A stretch of DNA of 64,000 nucleotides from Thermoplasmata archaeon (GTDB taxonomy: Archaea > Thermoplasmatota > Thermoplasmata > UBA10834), in NCBI GenBank assembly GCA_038852315.1, contig JAWCKF010000007.1:1148-65147 (forward strand), read 5' to 3'. This document shows, one piece after another, positions 26,913-37,103 of the stretch. The notes below the pieces were generated by a model. The model was not told where the DNA came from. It did no database searches and saw only the letters and a list, made by a program, of their open reading frames with translations. Made by a program: the position numbers and the translations under genes. Numbering within the stretch: position 1 is the first letter of the stretch; each line of letters starts with the position of its first letter.

Positions 26913-28457
26913 TCACTTCTGCTTCATCCACACGACCCTCTGCGGGAACGGTATCTCGATACCCGCCTCGTTGAGTTTCCGGTATATCTCCTCGAGCAAC
27001 CTGTCCCTCGCCTTCATCCTGTCGTCCCTGTCCTTTATCCACACAAAGACCTTGAACATCAGCGCCGAGTCGCCCATCTCGTCGAAGAGTATCATCGGCT
27101 GTCTGTCTTTGTCAGTCAGAAGCGAGTACGGGGTCTCCCTGATGGCCTTCATAATCGCTTCCCTTGCTTTCGAAGGGTCGGTCCCGTAGGCGACGCCAAC
27201 GTTTATGTTGATCCTTGCGGGGTCGGAGACGTTGCTCATCCTCGCTATCTTCTCATTGACCAGTCTGTTGTTGGGTATCGACACTATAGAGGCGTCCGAG
27301 TAGCGATAGAGTCGCGTTGTGCGGAGACCGATCCGGCGGACCTCACACCAGTCTCCGTCGGATAGAATGATCATGTCTCCTTCGGCAAACGGACGATCCA
27401 GGAGTAAGAACACCCCGCTGAAGAAGTTGGAGATGGTTTCCTGAGCGGCGAATGCGAGGACCATCGAGACGACGACGCCGCCGGCGACGAACATAGTCAG
27501 ATCAACATTCAGCACTCCGAGCACATAGCCGACGGCGGCGAGACCTATCACGACGATGCCGACCTTCTCGACCACGGGTATCAGCACGTCGTCGACCTTG
27601 CTCGCAGTCTTCTTGGCTATCATCTTGCCATAGTAGATCAAGATCTCCTTGAATAGCTTGTAAACCAGATAGAAAACCACAAAGACGAGGATAATCCTGT
27701 ACGTGGCGAACACCATGTCCCTGATTTCCTCAGGTATGTGCTTATGGAGTGCGTCGAGGGACTGTACCACTCCGAAAGCAAAGACTAGGAGCAGCATCGG
27801 CGTCCTGATGATACCGATGATTATGTCGTCAATCATCGTCGCAGTCTTCTTGACGAAGGCGTGCTTGAGAAGGTCCATCGCATAAGCTACAAAGAAGGCA
27901 ATCGCGAGCCACAGCACCGCATCGAGTAGAAACACCCCCCACTCGTTGTCGAGAGGACTCGGCAACGGGTTTTGGAACACACCGAGGACCTTGTCGGCGG
28001 CTCCCCACGCTCCCTTCACCGACGTGATTGCGAACACAGTGGTGACCTGTATGAGTACGCCATCCTGGCGGATTTCGAACTGGAGCGTCAGATTTGATGT
28101 CATCGCCCCTCCCGTGAGCGGGGAGTGTACGGTCGCAGTCACAGGTGCGAGACCCTGAGGAATCAGCGTAATCTCCGTGCAATCGAGCTCGAAACTCCAC
28201 CCCTTGCCAGAAAGCTGACCTTTGACAAACACTGATAGCGTGTGGGACGACTCCACGCTTCTCAGAGTCCAGTTGTACGTAACCGAATCTCCGGGATGCA
28301 CCTCCTTCGAGTAATCATCGATGCCAAGGATTTGAACGAATTCGAACTCCTGAGAAGAACCCAATTGGGCGATGCAGACCATGACTAGGACGAGCATCGC
28401 CGATGCAAAGCCGAGAATACCTGTTGAAGGACCCCATTCTCTGCGCGACGACGACAT
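26913..28457 (-). CDS. MscS-family mechanosensitive channel with large N-terminal extracytoplasmic domain
   Basis: ISNFFSGVFLLLDRPFAEGDMI...CEVRRIGLRTTRL...SIPNNRLVNEKI is the MscS pore-helix/beta-domain signature. It has a signal peptide and several TM segments. Confidence 0.85.
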   Translation of the reverse strand: MSSSRREWGPSTGILGFASAMLVLVMVCIAQLGSSQEFEFVQILGIDDYSKEVHPGDSVTYNWTLRSVESSHTLSVFVKGQLSGKGWSFELDCTEITLIPQGLAPVTATVHSPLTGGAMTSNLTLQFEIRQDGVLIQVTTVFAITSVKGAWGAADKVLGVFQNPLPSPLDNEWGVFLLDAVLWLAIAFFVAYAMDLLKHAFVKKTATMIDDIIIGIIRTPMLLLVFAFGVVQSLDALHKHIPEEIRDMVFATYRIILVFVVFYLVYKLFKEILIYYGKMIAKKTASKVDDVLIPVVEKVGIVVIGLAAVGYVLGVLNVDLTMFVAGGVVVSMVLAFAAQETISNFFSGVFLLLDRPFAEGDMIILSDGDWCEVRRIGLRTTRLYRYSDASIVSIPNNRLVNEKIARMSNVSDPARININVGVAYGTDPSKAREAIMKAIRETPYSLLTDKDRQPMILFDEMGDSALMFKVFVWIKDRDDRMKARDRLLEEIYRKLNEAGIEIPFPQRVVWMKQK

Positions 28458-28699
28458 GCAAGATCCTCTGAACCTGCTCCGGATTGCACATATTCGTCTT
28501 AAACACTTTGCGTCGCGATGGAGAATAGCATAGACATCCTTGCCACATCATTGTTGGAGGTTCATCTGAGCCGCCAATCTGAACGGCAATCGGCCGAGCT
28601 CCCCTTTGCCGAAGGAGAGGTCATCAACATTCGTTCAACGAGGCCTTTCGAAGAGACCGAAGCCAAGAAGACGATGGCAAGAATGCACCGGTTTGCCAC

Positions 28700-29584
28700 T
28701 CACACGGTCGAAGCCAGCACTATTCCGAGGATGACCGCGCTAACCAAGCCCCATTCCAGCCGCGTCATCCTCTCGCGGAGAAAGACGTAGGCCAGAAGCA
28801 CGACGACGAGCGGGCTCGTTGCGACCAGCGGGAACACTATGGATGCTGGCCCCAAGGAGGCCGCATTGACTTCGAGGAAGAATGCGATGTTCCCAACCTC
28901 GCTGGACATTATCGCTATCATCAGGGGCACAGACCACCCAGGAATCGATTCCCTGATGCCCAGCCTCTTGAACCTGAAGTACACGACCGTAGTAGGCACT
29001 ATCACCAAGGAATATATCCCGAGGAACAGCAGGGGCGGGATCCTGTTCAGCGTCAGCTTGGTGAAGATTGCCCACAAACCCCACAGAGTCACTGTGACTA
29101 TGCACAGGGCGAAGTATCCGCCCGAAAACCCCGACTTGGTCCCTGTGTTCCCGTGAACGAAAGTGAGAGCGATCATCGAGAGCGTGACCGTCAGCACGCC
29201 TGCGAGCTGGAGATTGGTCGGAGTCTCACCCAAGAACATGATCGCGACGACTATCACCATGATCGGGTACGCGGCCGTGACGCTTCCGACAATGGATATC
29301 GGCCCTCTCTCTGCGGCCTCGACATAAACATAGTACCCCGCCTGTCCAAAGGTCGCTGCAGCAAGGCCGAGCAGCATGGCCCATGGCTCAACCTCCGTTA
29401 TCTCTCCGGACACGAGATACGGAGACAAGCATACGACATAGATCGGGACGGCTATGAACAGCGAGAGCGTGATCATCTGCGGGGCGGTCAGGTCTCTGAG
29501 GGCCAGCTTCTGGGCGACCTGAGAAGTGCCGTACAGGACTATCGCCGCCAGTGCCATGGGCACCCAAAGCTCTGCCACTCGCAC
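28700..29584 (-). CDS. EamA/DMT-family transporter
   Basis: 294 aa with about 10 TM segments arranged as two EamA-like halves. Confidence 0.8.
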   Translation of the reverse strand: MRVAELWVPMALAAIVLYGTSQVAQKLALRDLTAPQMITLSLFIAVPIYVVCLSPYLVSGEITEVEPWAMLLGLAAATFGQAGYYVYVEAAERGPISIVGSVTAAYPIMVIVVAIMFLGETPTNLQLAGVLTVTLSMIALTFVHGNTGTKSGFSGGYFALCIVTVTLWGLWAIFTKLTLNRIPPLLFLGIYSLVIVPTTVVYFRFKRLGIRESIPGWSVPLMIAIMSSEVGNIAFFLEVNAASLGPASIVFPLVATSPLVVVLLAYVFLRERMTRLEWGLVSAVILGIVLASTV

Positions 29585-29660
29585 CCGCTCCCGAGCAGAT
29601 CCGCACAGGCGTATGGCTAGGCACTATTTGTCGTTGATTGTGCCTAGGAGGCCAATGGCT

Positions 29661-30356
29661 TCAGGCCGGATTCGTTTGAATCTGAGTCGATTCCAGGGTC
29701 AGCACATAGATGATACCTTTTGCCGGCCGCCCCACCCAGAACGACGCCACGTTGTCGAAGAACTCCGCTGCACGAGTGAAACCGATCCGCTCATAGAACC
29801 TCCAGTTGCTCGACTGATCATCTGTGTAGACTGTGACCGCAGACGCGCCCCCGGCCTTGGCAACATCGATGAACCTTTCGACAAGAAGTCTCCCATATCC
29901 CTTCCCTCTGTGAGCCGCATCGACGATCAGCATCGTTATCTCCGCATCCGAGTGAGGGCGGTTCAGATACAACTTCAGCTCTGTCATCGCCATGTGCCAC
30001 ATCATCCTGAGGAACCACAGCGGCCGCTCGCGTCTGGAGGCGATGAACGCAGATACAGCGGAAAACCGCGAGCGCTTTGGCATCAGCCTCATACCGGCCT
30101 TCCAGTGCTTATCAATCCTTCCGTACAGGAACCCGACGACGCGTCCGGATTCCTCCAGAACCTCCGCCCATGTGGAAGCGGCCAGCGTTGACATCATGTA
30201 GCCCTCCATGCCCGCAACCTGGTCGTTCCAGGACATCGAGGAGGTCCTTGAGGGCCATGCCTGGGCTGCGAGCTCTGCACATGCTCGGAGGTCGGAGGCA
30301 GCGCATCTCCTGATTGTGACGTCCTCGGACGCGCCCGTCTTGGAGGCGCTATTCAT
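29661..30356 (-). CDS. GNAT-family N-acetyltransferase
   Basis: MLIVDAAHRGKGYGRLLVERFIDVAKAGGASAVTVYT...FYERIGF is the acetyl-CoA binding motif A (R-G-x-G-x-G). Confidence 0.8.
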   Translation of the reverse strand: MNSASKTGASEDVTIRRCAASDLRACAELAAQAWPSRTSSMSWNDQVAGMEGYMMSTLAASTWAEVLEESGRVVGFLYGRIDKHWKAGMRLMPKRSRFSAVSAFIASRRERPLWFLRMMWHMAMTELKLYLNRPHSDAEITMLIVDAAHRGKGYGRLLVERFIDVAKAGGASAVTVYTDDQSSNWRFYERIGFTRAAEFFDNVASFWVGRPAKGIIYVLTLESTQIQTNPA

Positions 30357-30441
30357 CAGGCAGATATTCCACCCACTTTCGAATTAGGCTGTCGGTCGTG
30401 CGGAGCCGGGGCAGAAGGTTTCAAGTCAGTGCAAACCAACT

Positions 30442-30822
30442 ATGTCGAGAAAAGAGGGGTGGCCAGGATTGAGATGCCGCAAGTGCGGGAAGCGGATAGG
30501 GCTCAACCAGAGGGACAACACGTGCCCTAGGTGCGGAACATGGCTGCTCTCGCATCCTCCTAGCGAGCACATGCTAGAACATATGAGGCATGAGGAGCAG
30601 GGCAGGGATGACTTTCTGAACGACTTCCCGTGGATAGGTGGCACTCCGGGAAGGCGTGCCATGATTTTCACATCCGTCTGGGTAGCAGCTCTCGTCGCAT
30701 TCGCACTGGCTATCGTGCTGTCCTTCGTGACCCGGCACTTCATCTCCGCGGCTGTGCTCATCTTCTTGACGACTGTGGTGGCCACTCTGCCAAGGCTTTT
30801 CCTCGAAGGCTCTAGGATTTGA
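30442..30822 (+). CDS. zinc-ribbon membrane protein, function unknown
   Basis: CRKCGKRIG...CPRCG zinc ribbon followed by two TM segments (IFTSVWVAALVAFALAIVLSFV, AAVLIFLTTVVATL). Confidence 0.5.
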   Translation: MSRKEGWPGLRCRKCGKRIGLNQRDNTCPRCGTWLLSHPPSEHMLEHMRHEEQGRDDFLNDFPWIGGTPGRRAMIFTSVWVAALVAFALAIVLSFVTRHFISAAVLIFLTTVVATLPRLFLEGSRI

Positions 30823-30947
30823 TGGGCCGGCCCTCGGTCAAATGATGCCCTTGGTGCGCCTGGTTGCGATTACCCTCGTCATGCGAGTCCAAAGGCAGCA
30901 CCATGTCAATGTAGGAACTTCGGATATAGGATGACGGACCTGCGATT

Positions 30948-31361
30948 TCACGGATTCTTTGCCGAATCCTGCGCCTTGAAGTGCAATGCAACAGAGTTGA
31001 TGCAGTAGCGGAGGACCGTCGGCTCAGGACCGTCGCCGAAGACGTGTCCGAGATGGCCCCCACAACTGGCACACAGTACCTCAGTACGAGTCATGAACAG
31101 GCTCCTGTCGACCTTTTCCGTGACGCTGTCGTCGGAGATGGTGGCGTAGAAACTTGGCCAGCCGGACCCTGAGTCGAACTTCGCCTCTGAGTCGAACAGC
31201 TCGTTGCCGCAGGCCGCGCACACATATACGCCCTTCCTCTTGTTGTTCAGCAGCTTGCCCGTGAAGGGCCTTTCAGTGCCCTTGGCCCGCAGCACAGCAT
31301 ACTCCTCCGGACTGAGCTGCGCCCTCCACTCCTCATCGCTCTTCTCGACCCTGCGCCTCAT
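30948..31361 (-). CDS. msrB: peptide-methionine (R)-S-oxide reductase
   Basis: [27 protein letters not shown] ... [16 protein letters not shown]...RYCINS is the MsrB signature. Confidence 0.9.
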   Translation of the reverse strand: MRRRVEKSDEEWRAQLSPEEYAVLRAKGTERPFTGKLLNNKRKGVYVCAACGNELFDSEAKFDSGSGWPSFYATISDDSVTEKVDRSLFMTRTEVLCASCGGHLGHVFGDGPEPTVLRYCINSVALHFKAQDSAKNP

Positions 31362-31370
31362 CTGACTACC

Positions 31371-31850
31371 TCACCGGAACCCGCACGATGACAGCCTGTG
31401 CTTCTCGTAGTATCTCTGATGATACTCCTCTGCCCTGTAGAACTCATCCGCAGGGAGTATCTCAGTCACGATCTTCCTTGAGCCCAACCTTCCGCTCTCC
31501 TCGAGCCTCCTCTTGGATTCGAGAGCGATCCTGCGCTGCTTCTCGTCATGGTAGAATATGGCCGACCTGTACTGTGTCCCCAAGTCCGGACCCTGTCTGT
31601 TCTTCGTCGTCGGATCGTGGATGCCCCAGAAGACTTCCAGGAGCTGTTCGTAGGACACCTCTTCCGGATCGAACTCCAGTTGCACGGCCTCTGCGTGCCC
31701 AGTCTTGTCAGTGCACACATCCTCATACGTCGGATTCCTGGTGTGCCCTCCCGTGTATCCGACCACGGTGGATTTCACTCCCTTGACCTTCCTGAAATCT
31801 GCTTCGACATGCCAGAAGCAGCCAGCTGCGAACGTCGCTTTCTCTGTCAT
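31371..31850 (-). CDS. msrA: peptide-methionine (S)-S-oxide reductase
   Basis: [15 protein letters not shown]...GYTGG...[24 protein letters not shown] is the MsrA GCFW signature. Confidence 0.9.
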   Translation of the reverse strand: MTEKATFAAGCFWHVEADFRKVKGVKSTVVGYTGGHTRNPTYEDVCTDKTGHAEAVQLEFDPEEVSYEQLLEVFWGIHDPTTKNRQGPDLGTQYRSAIFYHDEKQRRIALESKRRLEESGRLGSRKIVTEILPADEFYRAEEYHQRYYEKHRLSSCGFR

Positions 31851-31989
31851 CGACTATCGTCTGTTTGACAGGTCGACAAGGCGGGATTTCAGTTTAGCCG
31901 AACTGGTACGCCAGCCCTCGATCTCGACAACGGATGTCTGGCCGGGACGGGGAAAAGATTAATCGTAAGGCCATGTTACCCAGAACCTG

Positions 31990-32640
31990 ATGCACAAGGT
32001 CGTCACTGTCGACATGGAGAAGGACATACTCGCGGAGAACAGGAGAATCGCGAACGACAACAGGGCGAGACTTGACAGGAGCCGGGTTGTTGCGTTCGAC
32101 TTCCTGGGTGCGATCGGTTCCGGGAAGACGCTCATAATAGAGAAGCTGATTGACATGCTGAAGGCCAGGGGGAAGAGGGTGGGGGCGATAGCCGGGGATG
32201 TTTCCGGAGACGACGACTATCAGAGGTTCGTCTCCCACGGGATACCGGCAGCAAACATCAACACGGGCAAGGAGTGCCACCTGGATGCTCATCTGGTGGA
32301 GCACGCACTGGATGACCTTCCCTTGGAAGAGCTCGACTACCTGTTCATCGAGAACGTCGGGAACCTCGTGTGTCCGGTGGACTTTCCTGTAGGCTCGCAC
32401 AAGCGAGTCGTCGTCATAAGCGTAACCGAAGGGGACGACATGGTGAGGAAGCACCCGTCGATATTCGCGTTCTCCGACGTCATAGTCATCAACAAGGTCG
32501 ACCTGGCGGACGCGATGGAGGTCGACCCTAGGATACTCGAACGCGATGCGCGCAGAATCAACCCAGGCGCGAGGATAGTCATGACGGATGCTAGGCACGG
32601 CACGGGGTTGGACGAGCTCGCGAGCGCGCTCGGGCTGTGA
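31990..32640 (+). CDS. hypB: hydrogenase nickel incorporation GTPase HypB
   Basis: GAIGSGKT P-loop, ENVGNLVCP and INKVDL motifs. Confidence 0.9.
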   Translation: MHKVVTVDMEKDILAENRRIANDNRARLDRSRVVAFDFLGAIGSGKTLIIEKLIDMLKARGKRVGAIAGDVSGDDDYQRFVSHGIPAANINTGKECHLDAHLVEHALDDLPLEELDYLFIENVGNLVCPVDFPVGSHKRVVVISVTEGDDMVRKHPSIFAFSDVIVINKVDLADAMEVDPRILERDARRINPGARIVMTDARHGTGLDELASALGL

Positions 32641-32674
32641 AGTGGGCGACAGGAGAAAGCGAAAGGAGCTTCAG

Positions 32675-34885
32675 ATGAAGATCACTGTCTACGGCATCGT
32701 CCAGGGCGTGGGGTTCAGGCCCACGGTGTACAGGGTCGCCAAGTCGATGGGGCTCAAAGGTTATGTCTTGAACAACGGGTCGAACGTGGAGATCCATATT
32801 GACAAGGACGCCGAGGAGTTCCTGAGGAGACTCAAGGAGGCGCTGCCGGCGCTCGCGAGGATCGACCGGGTGGAGCTGGAAGAGGTCGATGAGCGCCTTG
32901 GCGAGTTCGTCATAGCCCAGAGCCAAGACGGCAGGAGAGTCTCCCTGATACCCACAGACACAGCGATATGCAGACAGTGCGTCGAGGACTTCAGAAGCGC
33001 TGGTAACAAGCGCCACCTGTTCCCCTTCACCAACTGCACAGAGTGCGGCGCGAGGTTCACTGTGATCGAGGACCTGCCCTTCGACCGCTCACGAACGAGC
33101 ATGTCGGATTTCCCCATGTGCCCATCCTGTACCGAGGAGTACTCCTCACCCGAGGACAGGAGATTCCACGCCCAGACGATATCCTGCCCGGCGTGTGGCC
33201 CGAAGTACACGCTCTACGACAGGGACGGGCAAGAGGTCGCGGGAGAGCCCTTCAAGGAGTTCGCAGCCAGGATAGACGGAGGTCAAGTGGGGCTCCTGAA
33301 AGGCTGGGGCGGCATGCACATCATATGCACCTTCAAGAACGCGTCCCGCCTGAGGAAGATATACAGGCGGGGCGACAAGCCCTATGCCGTCATGATGCGG
33401 GACCTGGAGACAACGAAGAAGTACGCGTTGATGAACGAGATTGAGGAGAGGCTCCTGACCTCTCCACAGCGGCCGATTGTACTGCTGCACAAGCGACCTG
33501 AGGCGTTCGACCTGCTCGAGAAGGTTTCGCCCGGGTTGGGGAACGTAGGGGTGATGCTGCCGTACTCAGGCGCCCACCTGCTGATGTTCCATCACCTCAG
33601 AGCGGACGGCGTCATCATGACATCCGCGAACCCGCCCGGGGAGCCGATGGTGATAGAGAACGAGAAGGCGTTCGAGCTGGGGCTCGACTGCTACCTCATG
33701 CACAACAGACGCATTGTGAACAGGTGTGACGATTCTGTAGTGAAGGTCAACTCCGGCAGGACCAACTTCACGAGGAAGTCCCGCGGATTCGTCCCGCTCC
33801 CGCTGAGAGCCAACCACGAGCACTCGGTCATAGGAGTGGGGGCACAGTGGGACGTCACCGCCTCGATATCGAGGAATGGCGAGATCTTCCTGACGCAGTA
33901 TGTCGGCGAGTCACAGCAGTACCCCACTCTACAGTATCTCGACGATGCGATACACCACCTCGCGAGACTCCTGGGATCGAGGCTGTTCGAGGCTGTGGGT
34001 CTCGACAAGCACCCCAGGTACTCTACGAGGATCGTCGCGAAACGCCTGGCAAGGGAGTACGGCGCCCGGCTGATAGAGGTGCAGCACTACCACGCTCATG
34101 CGGCTGCCCTGAAGATAGACCAGGGGATCGAGGGGCCCATCGTCTGCCTCACGTGGGACGGGACCGGATACGGCGACGACGGCACCTCGTGGGGCGGCGA
34201 GACGCTCCTCGCGGACTTCTCGCACTACACGAGGCTGTGCACCCTCGAAGGCATACCCCTGCTCGGAGGAGACAGGGCGGTGATCGACCCGAAGCGCGTC
34301 GTGACGGCCATAGAGCTAAAGCTGGGGAGGGAACCCCGACTCGTGGACCCGGAGGCCGCAGAGGTTTATTCGAAGATGATGGGGAACAGCGTCCCAGCAT
34401 CCAGCATGGGCAGGGTGCTCGATGCGGTCTCGTGCATCGTCGGAGTCTGCTGCAAGCGGACATACGAGGGTGAGCCAGCCATAAAGCTGGAGAGATGGCT
34501 CGAGCTCGGCGATCCGACGGTCAAGTTCGAGCTGGACTTCGGCAGCAGGGCCGGGGTGGAGTATGCGAAGACCCTTCCCATGTTCGACCAGCTATTGTCC
34601 ATGAGGCTCGAGACCGAGAGGCAGAGGGCGGATGCAGCGACCTCCTTCGTCAAGACGCTGGTGACGGCGTTAGCGCAACGCGCGTGCGCGTATGCGGACC
34701 GCGAGGGTCTTAATCGGGTGGGACTGAGCGGCGGGGTCTCGTACAGCGGTCCGATCACCGCATGGGTGAAGGAGACCGTCGAACAGGAGGGGCTTGAGTT
34801 CGTCGGGCATGAACGGGTATCCAACGGGGACGGCGGCATCTCCACCGGCCAAAACGCGGTCGCGGGGTCACTGCTCCAGGACTGA
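32675..34885 (+). CDS. hypF: carbamoyltransferase HypF
   Basis: Acylphosphatase-like start MKITVYGIVQGVGFRP, zinc-finger pairs CRQC...CTEC and CPSC...CPAC, and YrdC and Kae1-like regions. The ATG at 32675 is preceded by GGAG. The ORF track extension overlaps hypB. Confidence 0.9.
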   Translation: MKITVYGIVQGVGFRPTVYRVAKSMGLKGYVLNNGSNVEIHIDKDAEEFLRRLKEALPALARIDRVELEEVDERLGEFVIAQSQDGRRVSLIPTDTAICRQCVEDFRSAGNKRHLFPFTNCTECGARFTVIEDLPFDRSRTSMSDFPMCPSCTEEYSSPEDRRFHAQTISCPACGPKYTLYDRDGQEVAGEPFKEFAARIDGGQVGLLKGWGGMHIICTFKNASRLRKIYRRGDKPYAVMMRDLETTKKYALMNEIEERLLTSPQRPIVLLHKRPEAFDLLEKVSPGLGNVGVMLPYSGAHLLMFHHLRADGVIMTSANPPGEPMVIENEKAFELGLDCYLMHNRRIVNRCDDSVVKVNSGRTNFTRKSRGFVPLPLRANHEHSVIGVGAQWDVTASISRNGEIFLTQYVGESQQYPTLQYLDDAIHHLARLLGSRLFEAVGLDKHPRYSTRIVAKRLAREYGARLIEVQHYHAHAAALKIDQGIEGPIVCLTWDGTGYGDDGTSWGGETLLADFSHYTRLCTLEGIPLLGGDRAVIDPKRVVTAIELKLGREPRLVDPEAAEVYSKMMGNSVPASSMGRVLDAVSCIVGVCCKRTYEGEPAIKLERWLELGDPTVKFELDFGSRAGVEYAKTLPMFDQLLSMRLETERQRADAATSFVKTLVTALAQRACAYADREGLNRVGLSGGVSYSGPITAWVKETVEQEGLEFVGHERVSNGDGGISTGQNAVAGSLLQD

Positions 34886-34940
34886 TCCTGCTAGGGTCTG
34901 GCCAAAGTCTTATAACACACCCCTGCATACATTCGGGCCG

Positions 34941-35168
34941 ATGTGCCTCGCCGTGCCAGCCCTGGTCAAGTCGATTGACGGCCAAACCGCCACCGTCGAC
35001 TACGGTGGGCTCACCAGGAAGGCCAACATATCGCTGGTGGAGGCCAAGGTCGGCGACTACGTCATAGTCCATGCGGGCTACGCGATAGAAGTGCTGGACA
35101 GGGAGGAAGCGGAGAAAACCCTGGAGCTGTTCAGGGAGATGCTGGACCTCGACAGCGCCGGAGCGTAG
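34941..35168 (+). CDS. hypC: hydrogenase assembly chaperone HypC
   Basis: MCLAVPALV N-terminus (essential Cys2), 75 aa. Confidence 0.9.
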   Translation: MCLAVPALVKSIDGQTATVDYGGLTRKANISLVEAKVGDYVIVHAGYAIEVLDREEAEKTLELFREMLDLDSAGA

Positions 35169-35172
35169 TCCG

Positions 35173-35550
35173 ATGCACGAGTTCTCAGTAATGAGCCAGA
35201 TCGTCGACAGCATACTCGATGAGGCTGAGAAGCGGGGCGCTAAGAGGATCGAGCAGGTCGACCTCGATATAGGTGAGTACACGATGCTGGGAGAAGAGCA
35301 GCTGAGATTCGCCTACGAGGTCCTCTCGAAAGACACGATTCTAGAGGGCTCCACACTCCAGGTGGGCCGCATCCTTGGCAGGGTAAGATGCCCTTCGTGC
35401 GGATTCGAGGGGCCCGTCCCAGTGGCCACCGACGCACCCCATAGGATCACGCCTGTGCTGGAATGCCCCGTGTGCAGGTCGCCTTCGGAGATCATCGAGG
35501 GGAGGGAGTGCGTCATAAGGAGGGTCAGGATGGTGGTCCCGGATGTTTAG
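35173..35550 (+). CDS. hypA: hydrogenase nickel insertion protein HypA
   Basis: MHEFSVM N-terminus (MHE Ni site) and a CPSCG...CPVC zinc site. Confidence 0.9.
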   Translation: MHEFSVMSQIVDSILDEAEKRGAKRIEQVDLDIGEYTMLGEEQLRFAYEVLSKDTILEGSTLQVGRILGRVRCPSCGFEGPVPVATDAPHRITPVLECPVCRSPSEIIEGRECVIRRVRMVVPDV

Positions 35551-36634
35551 GCTGCGCGACCAGGAACTCTCAAGGAGGATCATGGAGAAGCTCGAGCGCA
35601 TGCACCTCGAGCTCACTCTTATGCACGTCTGTGGCACGCACCAGGATACACTCGTCAGGTTCGGCCTCGACTCCGAGTTCAGACGTGTGGGCATAGACAT
35701 CAGGCAGGGCCCCGGATGCCCGGTCTGCGTGACGCCGCCCGCTGAGATAGAGGAAGTGCTAGCCATAGCGAGGGCGGGGGTTACCGTGGCGGCCTTCGGC
35801 GACCTTATGAAGGTGCCCGGAGAAAGCGGCAGCCTGAACGATGCGAAGACAGAAGGCGCCGATGTAAGGATAGTGCTTGGAGTGGATGATGCGGTCGCGC
35901 TCGCGAGGAAATCCAAGAAGGAAGTGGTCTTCGCAGGGATAGGTTTCGAGACGACGGCGCCGACTACTGCCTCCGCCCTTCTGTCCGACCCGCCGGAGAA
36001 CTTCTCCGTGCTGAGCCTCCACAGGACCGTTCCCCCCGCCCTCGAAGCGATAGCGACTATGGGGGAGATCGCCCTCGACGGAATGATACAGCCTGGACAT
36101 GTGAGCACGATCATAGGCACGAGACCGTACGAGTTCCTCTCGAGCAGATACCACATACCACAGGTGGTCGCTGGGTTCGAACCGCTCGACCTGATGATGG
36201 GCGTGCTGATGCTGGCAAGGCAGGTTCAAGAGGGGCGAGCCGAGGTCGAGAACGAGTACTCCAGGGTCGTGAGGAAGGAGGGCAACAAGGCCGCGCTCAG
36301 AGCCCTGAACGAAGCATTCGAAGCGAGCGATGTGGTCTGGCGGGGCTTCCCTGTGATCCCGGGCAGCGGGCTCGCCATACGTCAGAAACTCCAGGAACAC
36401 GACGCCCGCAGGAGATACGAGGACCTCCTACGGCCAGTCCATGAGAGGGACTACGTGGAGCCGGAGGGGTGCAGGTGCGGAGAGATGCTGCGGGGAGTCG
36501 CTACGAGCCAGGAATGTCCGCTATTCGGCGAGGTTTGCACCCCTGACAGGCCGGTCGGACCCTGCATGGTCTCCAGGGAGGGCAGCTGCTACATATCATA
36601 CAGGTACCAGAAGGCGAGGTCACGAAAGGCGTGA
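35543..36634 (+). CDS. hypD: hydrogenase formation protein HypD
   Basis: MHVCGTHQD, GPGCPVCVTP and the C-terminal Cys-rich CRCGEMLRG...CPLFG...C region. Confidence 0.9.
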   Translation: MFRLRDQELSRRIMEKLERMHLELTLMHVCGTHQDTLVRFGLDSEFRRVGIDIRQGPGCPVCVTPPAEIEEVLAIARAGVTVAAFGDLMKVPGESGSLNDAKTEGADVRIVLGVDDAVALARKSKKEVVFAGIGFETTAPTTASALLSDPPENFSVLSLHRTVPPALEAIATMGEIALDGMIQPGHVSTIIGTRPYEFLSSRYHIPQVVAGFEPLDLMMGVLMLARQVQEGRAEVENEYSRVVRKEGNKAALRALNEAFEASDVVWRGFPVIPGSGLAIRQKLQEHDARRRYEDLLRPVHERDYVEPEGCRCGEMLRGVATSQECPLFGEVCTPDRPVGPCMVSREGSCYISYRYQKARSRKA

Positions 36635-36794
36635 TCTGCGCTCCCTCCGCGCTTTACATCTGAAAGCTGGGTGACTCCGCAACATCGACTTGTAGAAACA
36701 ATGGTAGAGAAAGAGAGGCCACGCCACACAGGGCCTTCGGTAACCGGCACAGAGCGGGCTGCGCATCGACGGGTTACAGAAAAGCCGGATTAAC

Positions 36795-36810
36795 CGAATT
36801 TCGAAATTCG
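36795..36810. promoter_or_regulatory. perfect 16-bp palindrome CGAATTTCGAAATTCG in the 469-nt gap upstream of the hdr/mvh operon
   Basis: Read directly from the sequence. It is followed by the inverted repeat GCTATA-N13-TATAGC (36815..36839), which contains TATA-like elements on both strands. Confidence 0.35.
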
Positions 36811-37103
36811 AGCCGCTATATTGTAACGGAATCTATAGCGATGCGACAAGCTCTAACGATTATCGCCGACTATCCCACGCCTTTCGAATCGAAGTACCGA
36901 AACGTATATGAACGGGACCTCTATTAACGCCCAACTGCGAGAGACGATACTGGCCGAGTGTATGAGCCAGAAGGTGCAGGTTCGGGCATTTTCGCGGGGC
37001 ACTCGGACAGGCCCGAGCTCCGTGGGAGTTCGGTGGGAGGTACGACCATGACCGCGCCCGCACGAGGGATCCGCATCTTGCTGGCACAGAAGGGAGGTGC
37101 TGA

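Noticed and set aside
32588-32674. ORF-track N-terminal extensions of hypF. Similar extensions exist for hypC 34794, mvhD 49028, the MvhD-HdrC-HdrB fusion 40016, the maturation protease 52276, hypE 53964 and the histidine kinase 59197.
   Set aside because: The extensions overlap the preceding gene or consist of Arg/Gly/Ser-rich non-protein-like sequence. Internal ATGs give canonical family N-termini, often with an SD-like GGAGG or an ATGA overlap.
35341-36156. 271-aa minus-strand ORF antisense to hypA/hypD
   Set aside because: hypD motifs on the plus strand are unambiguous. The antisense product is Ser/Ala/Pro-rich without motifs.
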